The notes: generated by a model from the letters alone, not told the origin. A stretch of 54,128 nucleotides of DNA, filler included, from Sphacelaria rigidula (GCA_964200075.2; 5 parts of 5 records of this genome joined end to end with filler, not necessarily neighbours in it), one strand, 5' to 3'. Shown: positions 36,401 through 50,100, counted from the first letter of the whole stretch. Numbers and translations are program-made.

Positions 36401-38690
36401 TCGACTTCGACCGACATTACGGCCGAGCTGTGGTGATGTACGGCGTGCCTTTCCAGTACACACTTAGCCATGTCCTAAGGGCAAGATTGGAGTACCTCAG
36501 GACCACCTTTCAGGTACAGTGTTTTGGGGGTTGTATGTGATACTTGTACCCCCCACTCTCCCTCGTCAGGATGAGTTCGAATGCCTGACAATATAACACC
36601 AAGCACGGGATCGGCAATCCCGCGACTCGTCGTCTTACCCGAAGTGATGATAGCACCAATTTCTTTTGTTCTGGGGGTACAGGAACAAATCGGCTCGCCT
36701 GGCAGCAGAGAAAATCGATCATTCGTCCAGGTGCTTGCCCGCCAACCCCACCACTCCCCTACTGCTCTTTTGGTGACACTCTCTAATGATGGCAGAGCGA
36801 GACTTTGCCGTTGCTGTTGCGCACATATTTCAGACACTTTCTACGATACCCCCCCCCCCCCCCCCCCCCCCACCCACCCCCAAAAAAATAAAAAAAAAAA
36901 TACAAAAAACGAAAAGAGTCGAGCTCTNNNNNNNNNNTATACTTTCGCCTGCGCGTCGTCGCTCCCATCTCCTCCCATCAAACCCCCCCCCCCCCCCCCC
37001 CCCAAAGCCAGCCCAAAAGTGTCACGAAAACAATGGCCATACAGCGCCTGATGTTTGGTTTTAGGCCGCATGAAGCGCCCCATATTGGCGACGTTGGCGA
37101 GAACGAACCCAAGCGTGGGAATTCCCAGCTGCTCGTTGTGTCCGGCGTTTCCCATTTCGATTTACGTGAAGATTTTGCCCACCAAAACCATGCACTTTTC
37201 TGGGGGGGGCTATCGTAGAGAGTATCTCAAACTGTTGACAAGCTTCGAATCGGTGATATATTTTCTTACTCACGCCCTCGCTCTTCCGATGACGGTGGGT
37301 TACCATGAAGGCGTGCGGGGGAAATAGCGCCCCTGCGAAATTTTCGAGTTCGCCTTATGTGCCTCCTGACGTAGTAGGCTGTGTGCCCGGCACCGTCATT
37401 ATTGGTGTAAGTGACGGAAAGCACTCCATTTGAAGCGGGGAATGTCCATATATTGTCACGCCATGTATCAGTCGGAGTGCTCCATGTTGCACTGTTTTGT
37501 AGTCGCCTGATGGACGATGAAGCCGTCATTTTTTTCATCTCGAGACAGCACCGGTCACACGGCTCATATTCTCTCCTCGTGCGTGCGTCGTCTTCGTCGA
37601 ATTTTCAGATCCGCGAAGGGGATTTTCTGACTTTCGACGCAATTCGCCAATGTGCCCAGTGCGTTGGGCGTGTCATCCGCAGCAAGACAGACTACGGCCT
37701 GGTCGTTCTCGCAGACTCGAGATACAACCGTCACGACAAGCGGTGAGTACTCCGTCGATGCTCGCGTGCCGATCCTGATCGCCTGCCACTTGCGTACGTA
37801 AACAATCCGAGGTACCACACGAAAATGATATTGTCTGCATACCGTGCTGTACTACGCAACAGTTCTATGAATAGTGTGTGCTTGTGTTGTGAGTTGTCAT
37901 CCCATCTGTTCTGGACGCCATTCTACACCTTTCGGTTTGTATAGGGGCATCAGCCGGGGTCATGCTGGAAAATCACACACTGGTGTTCTATTTGATTTGA
38001 TTTAATTTTGTTTGTTTCAGTACGATTCCTTCCTTCTGCGGTGCTTGCCGTCCTTTTCATCGCGAAACTGGTTCGGTGGTTCCTTGCCCTCGTCGACCGT
38101 GAGGTCGAAATTTGTGCAATTCACGACATCTTCGTCGTCCAGTGTTGAGCATGATGTGAGAAATAGCCTCAGGTCGTGTGATTTCACGGAGAAAGGTTTC
38201 GAGATTACCGGCTGAGCCATCAAGGCGGCCGATTCTATATATAGTGTGCTATCTTCGTACATATGATAGTCTGGGTTATATCCTGGCTTATCGGCTGACT
38301 CTAGTTGGACGCCTGTTTCTTTGTGCTGTCTCTTTTGCGGTCTGTGCAACCTTGTTTATTTATGCGACTGCGTTTTTGTTGTGGCCTGTTTTGTTTTTGC
38401 AGATCGAAACTACCAGGGTGGGTGTTGCAGTTCCTGGAGGAGAGCCACCTCAACATGTCCTCCGACACCGCGATGGGCATGGCCCGCCTGTTCCTCAAGG
38501 TCGTGGGGACGTTATTCCGCTGAGAGTAGAATGGGACATGCGCAAACTTCCACTTGACCACAGTAGGAGCAATTCCGTCTGATTATTTTTATTTTTCGTA
38601 ATATGTCTCGTAAGGAGTAGTGGGGACGGTATTGTAAAGGCGAGCCTACGTCTGTGACCACGAGTTCGCGAGATCAGACTAATGTGCGGA

Positions 38691-38739
<49 letters not shown>

Positions 38740-39099
38740 TAATATATCCAAGCGGCGCAGACCATGTACTGACAAGCACAGGCGCAGCCATAGCTTAAGC
38801 GACTGGCGATCACTTGAAAATGGATAAGCGCTTGAAAGCACGCCAAAAACACTAGACAGTATTGATACCCAACTCAAGCCCTGCCCGATTCCCTGACCAC
38901 TACCTACCACTACCAGGAAATGGCGCAGCCGTTGGAGCCGATAAGGCTCAAGGGCACTATGCTCGACTCCAGGAAAATCGCGCAGAGAAATCGGGATAAG
39001 ACCGGAAAGGAGCAGCGTCAGTCAGATATGTTGGCCATCGCGGGATCGGGGCATCAGGCTCCCGCCACTAGCGGCGGTGACCCCATGCAAGTGGAGTAG
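33481..39099 (+). CDS. ERCC2: TFIIH helicase XPD/Rad3, 3' part; exons 33481-33612, 34845-34938, 35514-35606, 36388-36513, 37609-37742, 38403-38499, 38917-39099
   Basis: Spliced translation [24 protein letters not shown]...[16 protein letters not shown]...[17 protein letters not shown]...[28 protein letters not shown]...|[39 protein letters not shown]...|SKLPGWV...|EMAQP...* matches XPD helicase motifs IV-VI. All junctions are GT-AG and in phase. Confidence 0.96.
36832..37227 (+). mobile_element. MITE in an XPD intron (family with copies at 1-~245 and 43203-43283)
   Basis: TIRs AGACACTTTCTACGATA(C)n and (G)nCTATCGTAGAGAGTATCT. The body matches the reverse complement of 1-200 and the contig end at 43203-43283. 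Contains a 10-N gap. Confidence 0.75.
38691..38739. repeat. (AAT)n microsatellite in the last XPD intron
   Basis: Direct read. Confidence 0.95.
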
Positions 39100-39331
39100 C
39101 AGCATATTCGGGATTACGAGGGGGGTGGGAAATGAGGTTCTGCTTGGGGTGGTCCTGTGTAAGTTGAGTAGTGTGTAGGGTACAAAAGTTGAGAGCTGGC
39201 GAAGTGCACTGTGGGTTATTCAATGCGAGTGAGGAGCTTGGTGAAAGTGCTCGCTCGTGTTGACGCGATGAAGGTAAAGCAGCCGATACGTCGACAGGTA
39301 CTACTCGTGAAATGTTATGGTACCAACGTAC

Positions 39332-40031
39332 CAAGGGCAGGTCGGGTAGGGTAACCCACTACTCGGTATTTTTGAAAAGTCATACTCTTGGTACCCAAAA
39401 GTTCGGTAGAGTATTTGTAATCATACTCCAATACTGGTCGCCCCGGTGGCTCAGTTGGTGACCTCGAAACCTTCTGACAGTCGGTTCGTTGGCTCAAATC
39501 TCGGAGGGATCTGGAATTTTTTCTCACACCATGCCCAACAGTGGAGAGCGACTGTGTCGTGGGTACACAAAATCGACTTGGCCGTCGACGAGGGAAAGGA
39601 AGTGCTGAACCCCTCTCGAGATGAAAAATAAAGGTAAGCACCTCAGAAAGAAGGTGGGGTACTAAAAACAAACAAAAAAATATAAATAAAACTCCTGTGT
39701 TATCCTGCCTCCTGTGTGACCCCGGCTGCTGCGCCCACATATACCGAACAGTGTAGACTGGCGTCCAGAAGAGAAGGGACGTCAACACACACACGCTCCA
39801 TCTACCCAAGTTTGGGTAAACTATTTGAGGTCATACCCAAGTGATACTCTGTACTCCAGTATTACTGAGAGTACTTACCCAATATTGAGTAGACTATTTC
39901 AGGTCATACTCAATCTACCCAAAGTGTGAGTAGATTAGTTGAGGCCATACCCGATCTACCCAATATTTAGGTAGAGTATTGAGGTTATACCCAAGTGCTA
40001 CTCTATACTCGAGTATTGCTAAGAGTGCCTA
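39332..40031. mobile_element. Second, interrupted copy of the TACTC/GAGTA MITE family
   Basis: Starts CAAGGGCAGGTCGGGTAGGGTA. The same repeat units resume at ~39800-40030 after a SINE insertion, and the copy is truncated by an LTR at 40032. Confidence 0.8.
39436..39794 (+). mobile_element. tRNA-derived SINE with (CA)n tail (~360 bp)
   Basis: A-box TGGCTCAGTTGG at 39447-39458 and B-box-like GGCTCAAATCT at 39491-39501, at tRNA spacing. The 3' body recurs at 10847-10980 and 43384-43447, each ending in CAACACACAC. Confidence 0.8.
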
Positions 40032-43000
40032 TGTGGAAGACACAAATTTGCGGTGGCATATCAGAGACTGATGCCACATATGTATGAAGAACCAGAGCAA
40101 GCAGGTACAAGGTAGGAACGGTCCGAAAGGACCAGATCACCGAGGACCCTGTAATGCCAACGATACTAGACACCTTATGGTGATGCCAGGAAGATCCTGA
40201 TACTAGGACGGTCCAACATCAGCCGGGGAGCTGGTCGCCCCTAGGCGACCATTTCTCGTCTGACCAAACTTTTTGCCCAATTTCATGAGAGGAAATCATC
40301 GTCAGCCTCGGACTTCCTTCGGCATCAGAACGACATCTTCCGAGACAGCCTCCTCCTTAGTCTGTCTACCCTAGCGATACGCCTTCCTCACATTGGCGAC
40401 ACCGGAGAAAGAACTCAGACACGACAGGCTGTAGAAGTAAAAAACTAGAACGATAACCGACTGCTCTCCGACAACGGAAACACTAGGGTCTTCCAAGGAA
40501 CGCTACTACTACTGCAGGTGAAATGTATGAGTCAAGTATTCGAGTTGGAAGCTTATGGAGTCATGTGTACGGATCAACGCGAAATTAGCCCCCTCAGTGT
40601 GCATTATATATTACGCGCATGGCTATTCAAACAGCGAAGCACGAAATAAGACTCCTCGGTGTGCATTACATGTCACCTGTACGACTGGTCATACAGCGAA
40701 ACGCAAAATTAATATCATCAGCATGCATTATATGTCACCAGGATGGCTAATCAAACAACGAAGCCACACCTATCAACCAACATTTCACCAGCGTAATGCA
40801 AGAGACACGGCAACTAATCAAGCAGGCCGACCTCTGGAAATGCGGTGAATCGAAATAGCACTAACAAAACGTTTTACCCATCCTGCGAATGCAGTACCTT
40901 GTCATTCCCTACCATTTAGCAAGCAAAAGAAGGAGGTGTATGGGACGGTCTTACCGCACTCCCGCTCACAAGCTGAGAGGAGTTGGAAACTACAGACAGT
41001 TCAATATTCCACACCTCAGTACGCATGCGATGGAGAAAAGTGGTCACCGCCTGGTGAAAAATATTGGAGAAAAGCAGGTTCCCTAGTCAGTACAGTACCT
41101 CCTCCGGTGGGGCACCAAAACAGCCCTCAGTTGTGACGTGAAATCCCATACTGGGAGCAGAAGCTGAAAAAGAGCACGATGAGACTTGGTTCCTAAGCAA
41201 CCTTCAGAGCAGCCGTGGGGAAAGCAATACACTGCATAAAGGTCCATCATCGTCAAAAATGAAGCTCAACTTGTCAAGAATCTCAATATGCTACATTCTG
41301 CGCCATACTCCAATGAATCGGTAACGTTACATTCCGCGCTGACACATGTTCAACGGGCAGCCAGAATACAGAACACTGTTATAAGTAAGGGCTGTTGATT
41401 CCTAATCGAAACACCAGTCTTCCTTTGTAAAACCCGATCTTGAACGATCACTGTTATGACTCATACAACGCATCATGACTACTGCAGGTATACAGATACG
41501 CTCTCAGCGTTATCCTGTACATCAGTACGCGTTAGAGTCGCAGCCAGAGTGAAAGGTACCCCGCAGAAAATAATCACAATCAATTCCGCATCAGATGTAC
41601 CATGTGTCAGAAAAAAGTTCATAGATGAACACGCGGCCTGCGGCCATAATGGCAACTGATAGAAAACCAGTACCGCCAGGACCCATGGATCTCAGAAGCG
41701 CGGACGGTCCCCCCATAAAAACCCTAGGGTTCATTCGTTTCGAGCTTACGTTGGGGATAAAAACCCTGCCAGTGGAAGCGTTTGTATTACCTAATCTGGA
41801 GCTGGATTGTCTATTACTAGACAATTCCATTATGAGTGCTTTGAAAGCTATACTCGACTGGCAGGCGGAGGAACTGACATTCCGTGATGCCAGTATAAAA
41901 ATCAAAGTATCGCATCGAAAACGACAGGGTTCACAAAAAACAACACACTCTAAAACGACACACATTGTTCTATAGTTTGTGTAAATTGTTCTAACTTTGT
42001 TCCAGTCGTTCTCACAATACAAATGATGTGTGCCACCGCAAAATGAAATGACAGTACTAGTCGAAACGGGAAATACCCCGTCAACAACAACAGCAGCTGT
42101 CGTGGATCCACGCATAATGACCGAAGAATACACTCGATCGCCTGATGTACCCCAAGTATTCGCGCGCATCATTGTTGCAAGGACAGTATGCACGTGGTCG
42201 GCAAAGAATAAGACGGCAATGGTACAAATCGCCAACCCGTCGAGCCGACATGTGAACTTGAAACGCAGTACGATTCTAGGATGTATCACCTCAATACAAG
42301 AGATGAAAAACCGGAGAAAATTCATAAGAAGAAGAGGGAGAAGGAGAAGAAGGAGAAGGAGAAGGAGAAGAAGAAGAAGAAGAAGAAGAAGAAGAAGAAG
42401 AAGAAGAAGAAGAAGAAGAAGAAGAAGAAGAAGAAGAAGAAAAGCAGTTCCGGACACCCTCTCACGGCTATTCTCGTTTGAAAAGCAACAAGAATCTGAA
42501 ATCAAGCCGTTGTTTACACCAATATGTTGTAACGTGTCGGAAGACCCTGTGCAGCAAATAGCTGAACCACAGCATCAATGTTAAATATCAGCTGAGAAGC
42601 TCGACCGTTTAAAGCTGGTGCAAAGTGACCGAGAGCTGTTAGTCAACCGCGCAAAAAATGCAAAAAGAGCAAACACGGGAGTACGCACACCATGTCAGGG
42701 TTACCAACGCCGAGAGAATGATCCACAGCCGGCCGAAATTTGCCGATGGGACACGTTCCGGTAGGACGGCCATAACAAAGAAGGTCGGCAGACCTCGTCG
42801 AATACAAAATAGCTTCGATGTCAAAGCTGGAGTACTACGTAGATAGGTATTGTCCGTAATGGACCACCGCACAGGGTATGCCTTGCTCATTCCGGTACCG
42901 AATAAAGAAGCCACGTCGATAGTCAAACCTTTTACGTTTGACCACATTTGGCATTCCGGAAAAGCTGCATTCGGATCAAAAAGCCGAATTGGAAACAGGC

Positions 43001-43200
43001 TAATATACGCACGGCAACAAGAGCTGGGTTTCAATAGAACTCGCACGACACCGTTACGCCCGCAAGGTAATTCAGTGTCGGAACGAATCCACTCCACTAT
43101 GCACGCGATGTTAGCTAGGCATGTGTCAGTTGGAAATAAAAGTTGGGTATCCATGCTTCCGTTCATCCAAATGGCGTACAACACATCCTATCACAATACA
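40032..43200 (+). mobile_element. Heavily decayed Gypsy-like LTR retrotransposon (putative LTR ~40032-40496, protease remnant, integrase remnant)
   Basis: TGTGGAAGAC...GTCTTCCA inverted ends. Protease-like segment INSASDVPC / SADGPPIKTLG..CLLLDNSIM at ~41560-41950. Integrase core MDHRTGYALLIPV..TTPLRPQGNSVSERIH..W...LPFIQMAYNTSYH at 42850-43195. No RT or RNase H was recognised. Confidence 0.75.
42325..42441. repeat. (AAG/GAG)n microsatellite
   Basis: Direct read; it generates the spurious poly-R/K/L ORFs. Confidence 0.95.
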
Positions 43201-43283
43201 GTAGACACTTTCTACGATAGCCCCCCCAAAAAACCAGCTAAAAGTGTCACGAAACCAATGGCCATACAGCGCCTGATGTTCGG

Positions 43284-43383
43284 NNNNNNNNNNNNNNNNN
43301 NNNNNNNNNNNNNNNNNNNNNNNNNNNTTAATTAATTAANNNNNNNNNNNNNNNNNNNNNNNNNNNNNNNNNNNNNNNNNNNN
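43284..43383. other. Artificial contig spacer
   Basis: N44-TTAATTAATTAA-N44. Confidence 0.97.
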
Positions 43384-43447
43384 CACATATACCGAAAGGT
43401 GTAAACTGATGCCCAGAATAAATGGGACGACAACACACACACACACA
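43384..43447 (+). mobile_element. 3' tip of the same SINE at the contig start
   Basis: CACATATACCGAAAGGTGTAAACTGATGCCCAGAATAAATGGGACGACAACACACAC. Confidence 0.75.
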
Positions 43448-43611
43448 ACGTAGCATTGCTCTCAATCGGTACTGTAACGGTCGGTCAGGGTGAAGAGCCA
43501 TTGGTTCGAATCGCGACATATATTGTACAACATAAAACACTATTTTTTTCGTCAAGCAGAAGATGTTATGTTATCGTCCTTCAAGGCGTGAGGACCTGAG
43601 CAGCAAACAAA

Positions 43612-43990
43612 TTCGACGAGAGTCGACGGGGCGTGGCATTGCTGGTTGTCATCATCCAATCATCGACCTCGAATTACCAAGCAGTTACTGGGACAGTGTA
43701 CTCATGATCATGCATGCCATAGTCATAAGACCATTGATCTCGCATCCCTACAATGCTGGGACGGAGCACGCCGGGTTTTCGCCGGACCAGCAAACCACCA
43801 AGCGCGAAGCGTCGTGGTGTGATCGGCGATTCGCATGAAAGGTGAGCTGCATCCTGCTAAGATTGTTCGGCCCGAGGCCTGCTGATTATCTTGCATTTGG
43901 ATGACAGCCAACAATGAGTTGCTTTACTTTGTGGTATCGCCACTTCCAGAGACAGCCACAGCTTCTACACTGCCTCATGGGTGTCTAACC
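43612..43990. repeat. Second copy of the unclassified interspersed repeat
   Basis: Aligns by eye to 3238-3685. Confidence 0.8.
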
Positions 43991-44114
43991 GGGAGGGGGG
44001 AGATGGGTTGATCCCCTTGAGACTGCGGACTCGTCCCGACGAAGTGGGGAGGTTGGAACATAACAAAAAGTAACAGGGGCAACGGAACAGTGGCCCCGAG
44101 AGTTCTGCCTTCAC

Positions 44115-47100
44115 CTGTACGTGCAGGACATTTTTGGCCGGATCGAAGCGGCCCGCCAAAATGCCGATGATTTCCGCCGCGTCCATGGCATATGCATGGA
44201 CGTCCGCAACGAAGAGAACATTGGGGTGTACCTGCAACGACGGGCGCAACAGCAAGCGTAAACACACGCACGTTGGGTGCCCGAAATAGGTTGGCTGGGC
44301 GTGCATGACATAGGTGAAGTGCGTACGTTCATGTAAGAGGTACTACGAAACATCTAGGTGGAAGGTATGCAGCAGGTCGAGTGGGTCTGCATGGTAGGTC
44401 ATCAAGATCGCGCATACTAGATACAGAGACAAGTGCAAGGACGCACGTAACGCTTCGCCGAGTCTGGTCCAGAAACGGGAGGAGAAGGGAAAGGTGGGAG
44501 ACACTCAGAGTACGCGATGCTGCACAGAAAAACGGCTTCCTATAGATGTATAGGAGGGGGGGGGGGGGGGGGGGGCCCCTAAGGAGGAGGCAACAAAAAA
44601 AGGATGTACCTTTTTCGGGGCACCTTCTTGATGTTATACCAATGACGATCTCCATCCTACCCTACATGTACGTGGATGATCGAGCCATGGTTTGCGAAGG
44701 CACCTGGTGTAGGGCGGTCAACCGCAAAAATTCATGGGTGATATTCGAGATCCGAGTTGGGTTGTCCCAGTCTGTGTGTGGCTGAAGGTGGGGGTGTTGG
44801 TGCGGCAATACCGCGCCAAAGGACACCAGACTTGACTGGACCATGACAAAATCACAATATTATTTTGGCGGGTATTGGCGAGTGACCACAACACGATCAT
44901 TCTTGCATGATCATGCTTGGAGAATGACCACAACACGTTGAGTGTTGCAGGAAGGCAACAACACAAGCTTTCTTGGAGGATAACAATCACAATACCCTCC
45001 TCACCAAAACCTCACGCATACAAGAGCAGAAAAACAGTGTCTGACTGTATTCACCTCAACTCGGAAAGGCTGCTGCACGTGCTCGAAGTAACCACCTTTT
45101 TCCCCGTACACCTGCGCACAGCGAGCAGCACAGACGGACGGGTGCACAGCAGACAGGCAAAACACAGAATTTCACGCTCAACAGCCTCATCACATGTGGA
45201 CGGCAGAAAAGAAAGCAATTACCATGAGCAGCCAGACTAAATAACAGACAGGTAAGACACGCAGACGGTTACACGTTAGCCAGCATCGCGCACACTTCGC
45301 CACCCCGCGTCGTTTTTTCTTGGCTTTCAACTCGCTCTAGCTTTATTTTCTCTTCCATTTCGTTCCTGGTAACTTCCACTACTTTTCGCGTATTGATGAG
45401 ATGAACAATGTGTCGAAATTCCAGCTCCCAATTTCTTGACATGAACCACGGCAGAACTGTTCGACCGCCAAGATAATTTCTTGACTGGCCCAGCTTGTAC
45501 AAGAACACGCCACGACCGACCACCTACCTACTCCTCAATACTAATGAGTTTGCGGCGACTTTATGCATGACACACGCGGCCACTTGGCTATACCCCAAAA
45601 TGCCTCCGGAGGGATACGCAGCCCTCCAGGGGGAAAACAAGCCTCCGGAGGCCTTCAATCCCTCTGGAGGAAACCAAACTCTACCGACCCGGAGGGCCGC
45701 GCACCCCTCTGGGGGCGTTTGATTCCTCTGGAGGCTCGAAAAGTGTACCCACCTGGAGGAATGTTGGAGGTAGCCAAATGGCTGCGTGTGGATCTATCAA
45801 GAGATGCAACCCATCGCCAGGTGTCCAAACACGTGAAAGCCTTCCTACTTCTGATAGACCTTAGCATGGATGGCGCTCTTCTTGTCTTTCTCGCGTCCCT
45901 TTTTTCTTTCTTCCTCTCGTTCCCACTTGACTCTGTTGCGTATTTTCCTCCTCTCCTTTTTTCATATTTTCTTCCCTCTTATCCTTACCTCGACTTCCTT
46001 TGGCGAGCAAACAATGACGTCTCTTCACTCTCTTATGACCACGGCTTGGGTTAGGAAGCAAACCAGTTGATGTGCGACAACCAATCGTTCTATCATTCCA
46101 CCAGCCCTGGTGAGAAAACCTTTACGAAAACAGGTAAGGACACACACATAAAACACTCACACACGGAAGCAGCCCGGAATTTCATTCTTCGTGCCCAGCA
46201 AATCGACACGATGATGATGACCCGTACCGTTCTTGAACACTGTTCCTCTGACAAAACGGCATGCTCATACCGATTGATACACTCGTCGACCGGTCTGCTC
46301 AATTATTCGACATGTCATCTTATACTTCGTACGCAGAATCCATAAAAAAATAACATCATTTCGAAGCGACTGCCGGTTGTACAAAAAAACAGACAAGAAA
46401 GAGTCATGCCACGAGAAAGTCACCTGCGGCGGGATCAAGTTGTGATCTGTGCAGGGCTTGCCCTCAGCCACGATGTCCATATACCGATCCTGGTTCTCGC
46501 GAAGGTGCTTTTGCGCGAGATCGTCGCTTCTTGTCGGAAAAGACATGTCCCGGCCCTGTATACCCAGCAAAACAAAGAAAACGCGAACAGACACAGTAGC
46601 CGCAATCGGAAATGGATAACAACAGCAAGGGAAGGTAGTCAAGAGTCGAAGCACCCGATGAAAAGTGACGTCATAATCCGTTGCACGCCAACAGTTCCAA
46701 CGGAAGTAAACCGTTCCGATACAGCAGCCGTCCAAATAAAAGTATCGCAGACAGCGCTACGCCCTCGACAAATAACCCTGTCTTCAGAACCGGGTGTCGA
46801 GCCGGGGTACGCAGCGCAACTCGTCAGCACATTAAAAAGTAAGTACTTCCCGCCCAAGGAGACGCTACGATAACGCCCAAAAAATTGTAACCCTCTCCAA
46901 CCCCAGTTGGCGTTGAGTCTCTTCTCGAAACAATTTCACCGGCGGACTCTTTTACGCCGATAAACCCCGACGCTGTACGAGAAAAGAGAGCGAAATTGCA
47001 TACCCTCTACTTCGTGGAAGGATAGAATTTGTGGGTTTTTCCAAGGGGAAAAAAGTAAGATGGAAGTTGCTCACCCCGACTATCCGCATAAAAAGGCAAA

Positions 47101-50100
47101 CGTTCACTTCGTTCAGAACGCCCTAACCAAAACAAAAGACGAACAAACGGCAGAGCGGCAAAATAATGATAATAAAAATAACACGTGGTGAAAACACGCA
47201 TCTTTTTGTCAGACTCCGACATCAGCCAGCGAACACGGATCGAAGCCTTCCACAAGCGGATTCATCCCATAGACAAAACAAAAAACATACACACGCGCAG
47301 GGCAGTCGCAGTCATTATTTCATCACGATACAAACGATGCACGCACGCATCAAGCTATCACCAGAAGAAACACATCCGCAGCATCTATACCACCGGACGC
47401 CAATGCATATATATATATATATATACGCAGTGCGAAAACTGCCTCCTTTGGCGTATTGTCTTTTTTTATCACTGTGGATCAAGACATATTTTGATGCGAA
47501 ATCGACCGACCATCACACCCCCCTTTACTTCGTCGTTGTTATGCGTGTGTGTTGACCCCCCTCCCCCTGTTTCTCGCTCTTCAATTCATTGCTTGTTGTT
47601 TTCACCCCGGCCTTTTTCGAGCTTCCTTCAGCGAGTCTTCCGTTTCATCTCCTCTTGGTACCGTCCACCTTTATGACCACAGCTGGATTAATCTCATTAT
47701 AGGGGATCACTTAATGTGCTTCAATCAAATCAAACTCAAAAACCGAATCATGATTCCTTGTCGAGGTAAACGAGGAACGGGACGGGACATGGTAAAAGTA
47801 TGTGACCCCGGTATGCTACATGATTCGTCTGTGACATGACGCATCCGACTTATTCGTGCAGGGTGTCATCCAACACAAGCGCAGCACGAGAAGACAAAAA
47901 ACGAGAAAGTGGAACTTGATAGTAGTACCACACACAGTGCAATCACACATGACTTTAACGTGATTCCAACAACAGCCTGCCTGCACCCAAGAGACCCTAC
48001 CCCAACTTGAATTTAGGGGCTGGACTCTCACCCGCAACTACATCTTCATCACCTACATACTCCCTCTGCCCCCATAAGTCTGGTCGGTTATGGGCGGTAT
48101 TTTGTTTCGGTGTGGACTGGACGCCGGTCGCTCGTCACGCAAACGAAGGTTACGGCGCTGAAGAACGTCAACAAGCAAAATCGGTCATTTACGCTTCGGC
48201 AAATGTCTGATTAGCTGAAAGACATCGGGCTGGATTACGGTACGGAAACCGTCCGGCGGTGGTTCAAGAAAAACGGAGCGGCAAAAGGTGGCTCGCCGCA
48301 TCAAACCCTCCCCTTCCCCTGCCTAGAGGTTTCGCCGAATCGACTTCATCTGCGATCAGGTGGACGACACGACCGGGAATTTCCTCGACCGACCAGTTAT
48401 TTTTGTCCAACACTTTTTTGCCCCCGAGAAAGGAGCGAAATACGGCCATCATTTCGCCGCATAGTTTAACAGCGAGCTGCAAAAAAAGAGATATGCTTGT
48501 AACTGAAAAAACTGCCCAGGAGTCGAAACAAACATCGAAAATCAGATCGGACACAGGTGAGGGCTCGTACAAACATAACCGACGAGACTCATGGGACAGA
48601 CGAAGTACCTTAAATTGGCAGAAAGACGGGGGAAAGAAAGGCGTCAAGATGTCAATACAGTACCTTCCCCTTTTTGTCGGATCCAGACTCCCCAACAGCC
48701 GAATCGCACTCGTCGCCATCTTCATCGTCAAAACCCGTGAGATCGATCACCTGATCAGTTATGGGGGGGGGGCGGGTGTACTCTATTGGGTCGTGCAGAT
48801 ACCTCTTCAACCCCGTCCCCTCTCTCAGTCCTCCGTACATCTTCAGGTGTTCTTTCGCGTCCATTTTCCGTCTTAGTGCTGTTTCTCCCCTCTGATTTTT
48901 ATCGTACCTCTTACTTGTGTCTTGTGACTTCAACAACAGCCTGCCTGCGCCTGAGAGACTACTCCAAATTAGGGACTGGACTCGCACCCGCAAATACAAA
49001 TAAAGTATTTCTTCAACCCTTTTAGAACCCATTGACGAATTTTGACTTCCGTGAATCAGCATCATTTTTCCAGTTTGTACAAACCTCGGATTTCCGCACC
49101 TCAAAAGTTGTTACACAATGCTGGCTGCTTCCGGGTGAACGCCAAAAATCCACTCCCCACTAGATATAGAACGCAAAACTGGCCCGATCGATACATACGT
49201 GGTGTCAGAATGACCCCCACGAGCAAGCCAGTAGGGCGGTTTGGCCAAAGGTTTTTCTCACGTCCTTTGCCGTGGCGCTAATAGTGAAGATGCTCCTCGA
49301 TCAATCAGAGGCCTTCGAATTGTTCTGAAATTGAAACTGCGACTTCCCAACACAAAACGTACCAAATCTTACCACGAGTCAAACGGTAGCGACCGCTATC
49401 ATCGAGGGAATCTAGTTCTAATAAACATATTCGAACACGGTTGGTGTGGGATTGAGCTATACCCCAGAACGTGGTAATTTGGTGCTGTGGCGTTTTGGCG
49501 TCGTCGTATTCCCACTCATCATATGCGTTAAAGGCCTCGATAGCCCCATGGCATTTCCCCGTGTAACTGTCGTTGGAAAACTCCGATCATCCTCAAACTT
49601 GGCAGTTTTGTACAAATGGGTGCTACAAATGGGGAAAAAATCGTTCAAGAGTAGTTCAACGTTTATCCGCTCTTCATCGACTTGAAGGGGTCCGATCGTA
49701 AAGACCCCCCAAAAGCCGGTACAGAGTGCCCATACAAATTCAAATTTGATTCGTCCCGAGGTAGTTCAAGAAACATTTGTGTGAATTTTGGTTGTCCGAC
49801 TCAAAAATCTGATCCCAAACGGTCGATGTAAGCTTAAGCGCACAAGGAAAATGTCGACGGCACGCAATAATCAAGTAATTACGGGGAATCCGCGTACTTT
49901 CGTATGTTTCAACGCACAAACGGGCAGTTCCTCACTCCGATTTTTTTTACATGCACCCTGAAATTTTGCATACGGGTGCTCTGGAATACTTCCAAACCCT
50001 GTATGAAGCGGGGGGGTTTCCGTCAGATATCCGGGGTTCCATGAGGCGGTGTCGAATACTTCCTGAAACAAAGTGGCGCGCATCGTAAGATTTTTGTTCA

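Noticed and set aside
39436-39510. Functional tRNA gene
   Set aside because: The cloverleaf stems do not pair properly and the sequence continues into a repeated SINE body.
41591-42584. Poly-Leu, poly-Arg and poly-Lys ORFs
   Set aside because: They are products of the (AAG)n microsatellite inside a decayed retroelement.
44662-45523. ORFs 44662-44844 and 45269-45523 as extra exons of the MPN gene
   Set aside because: Exons 46424, 45111-45055 and 44231 already join into a continuous MPN-like sequence, and these ORFs show no recognisable similarity.
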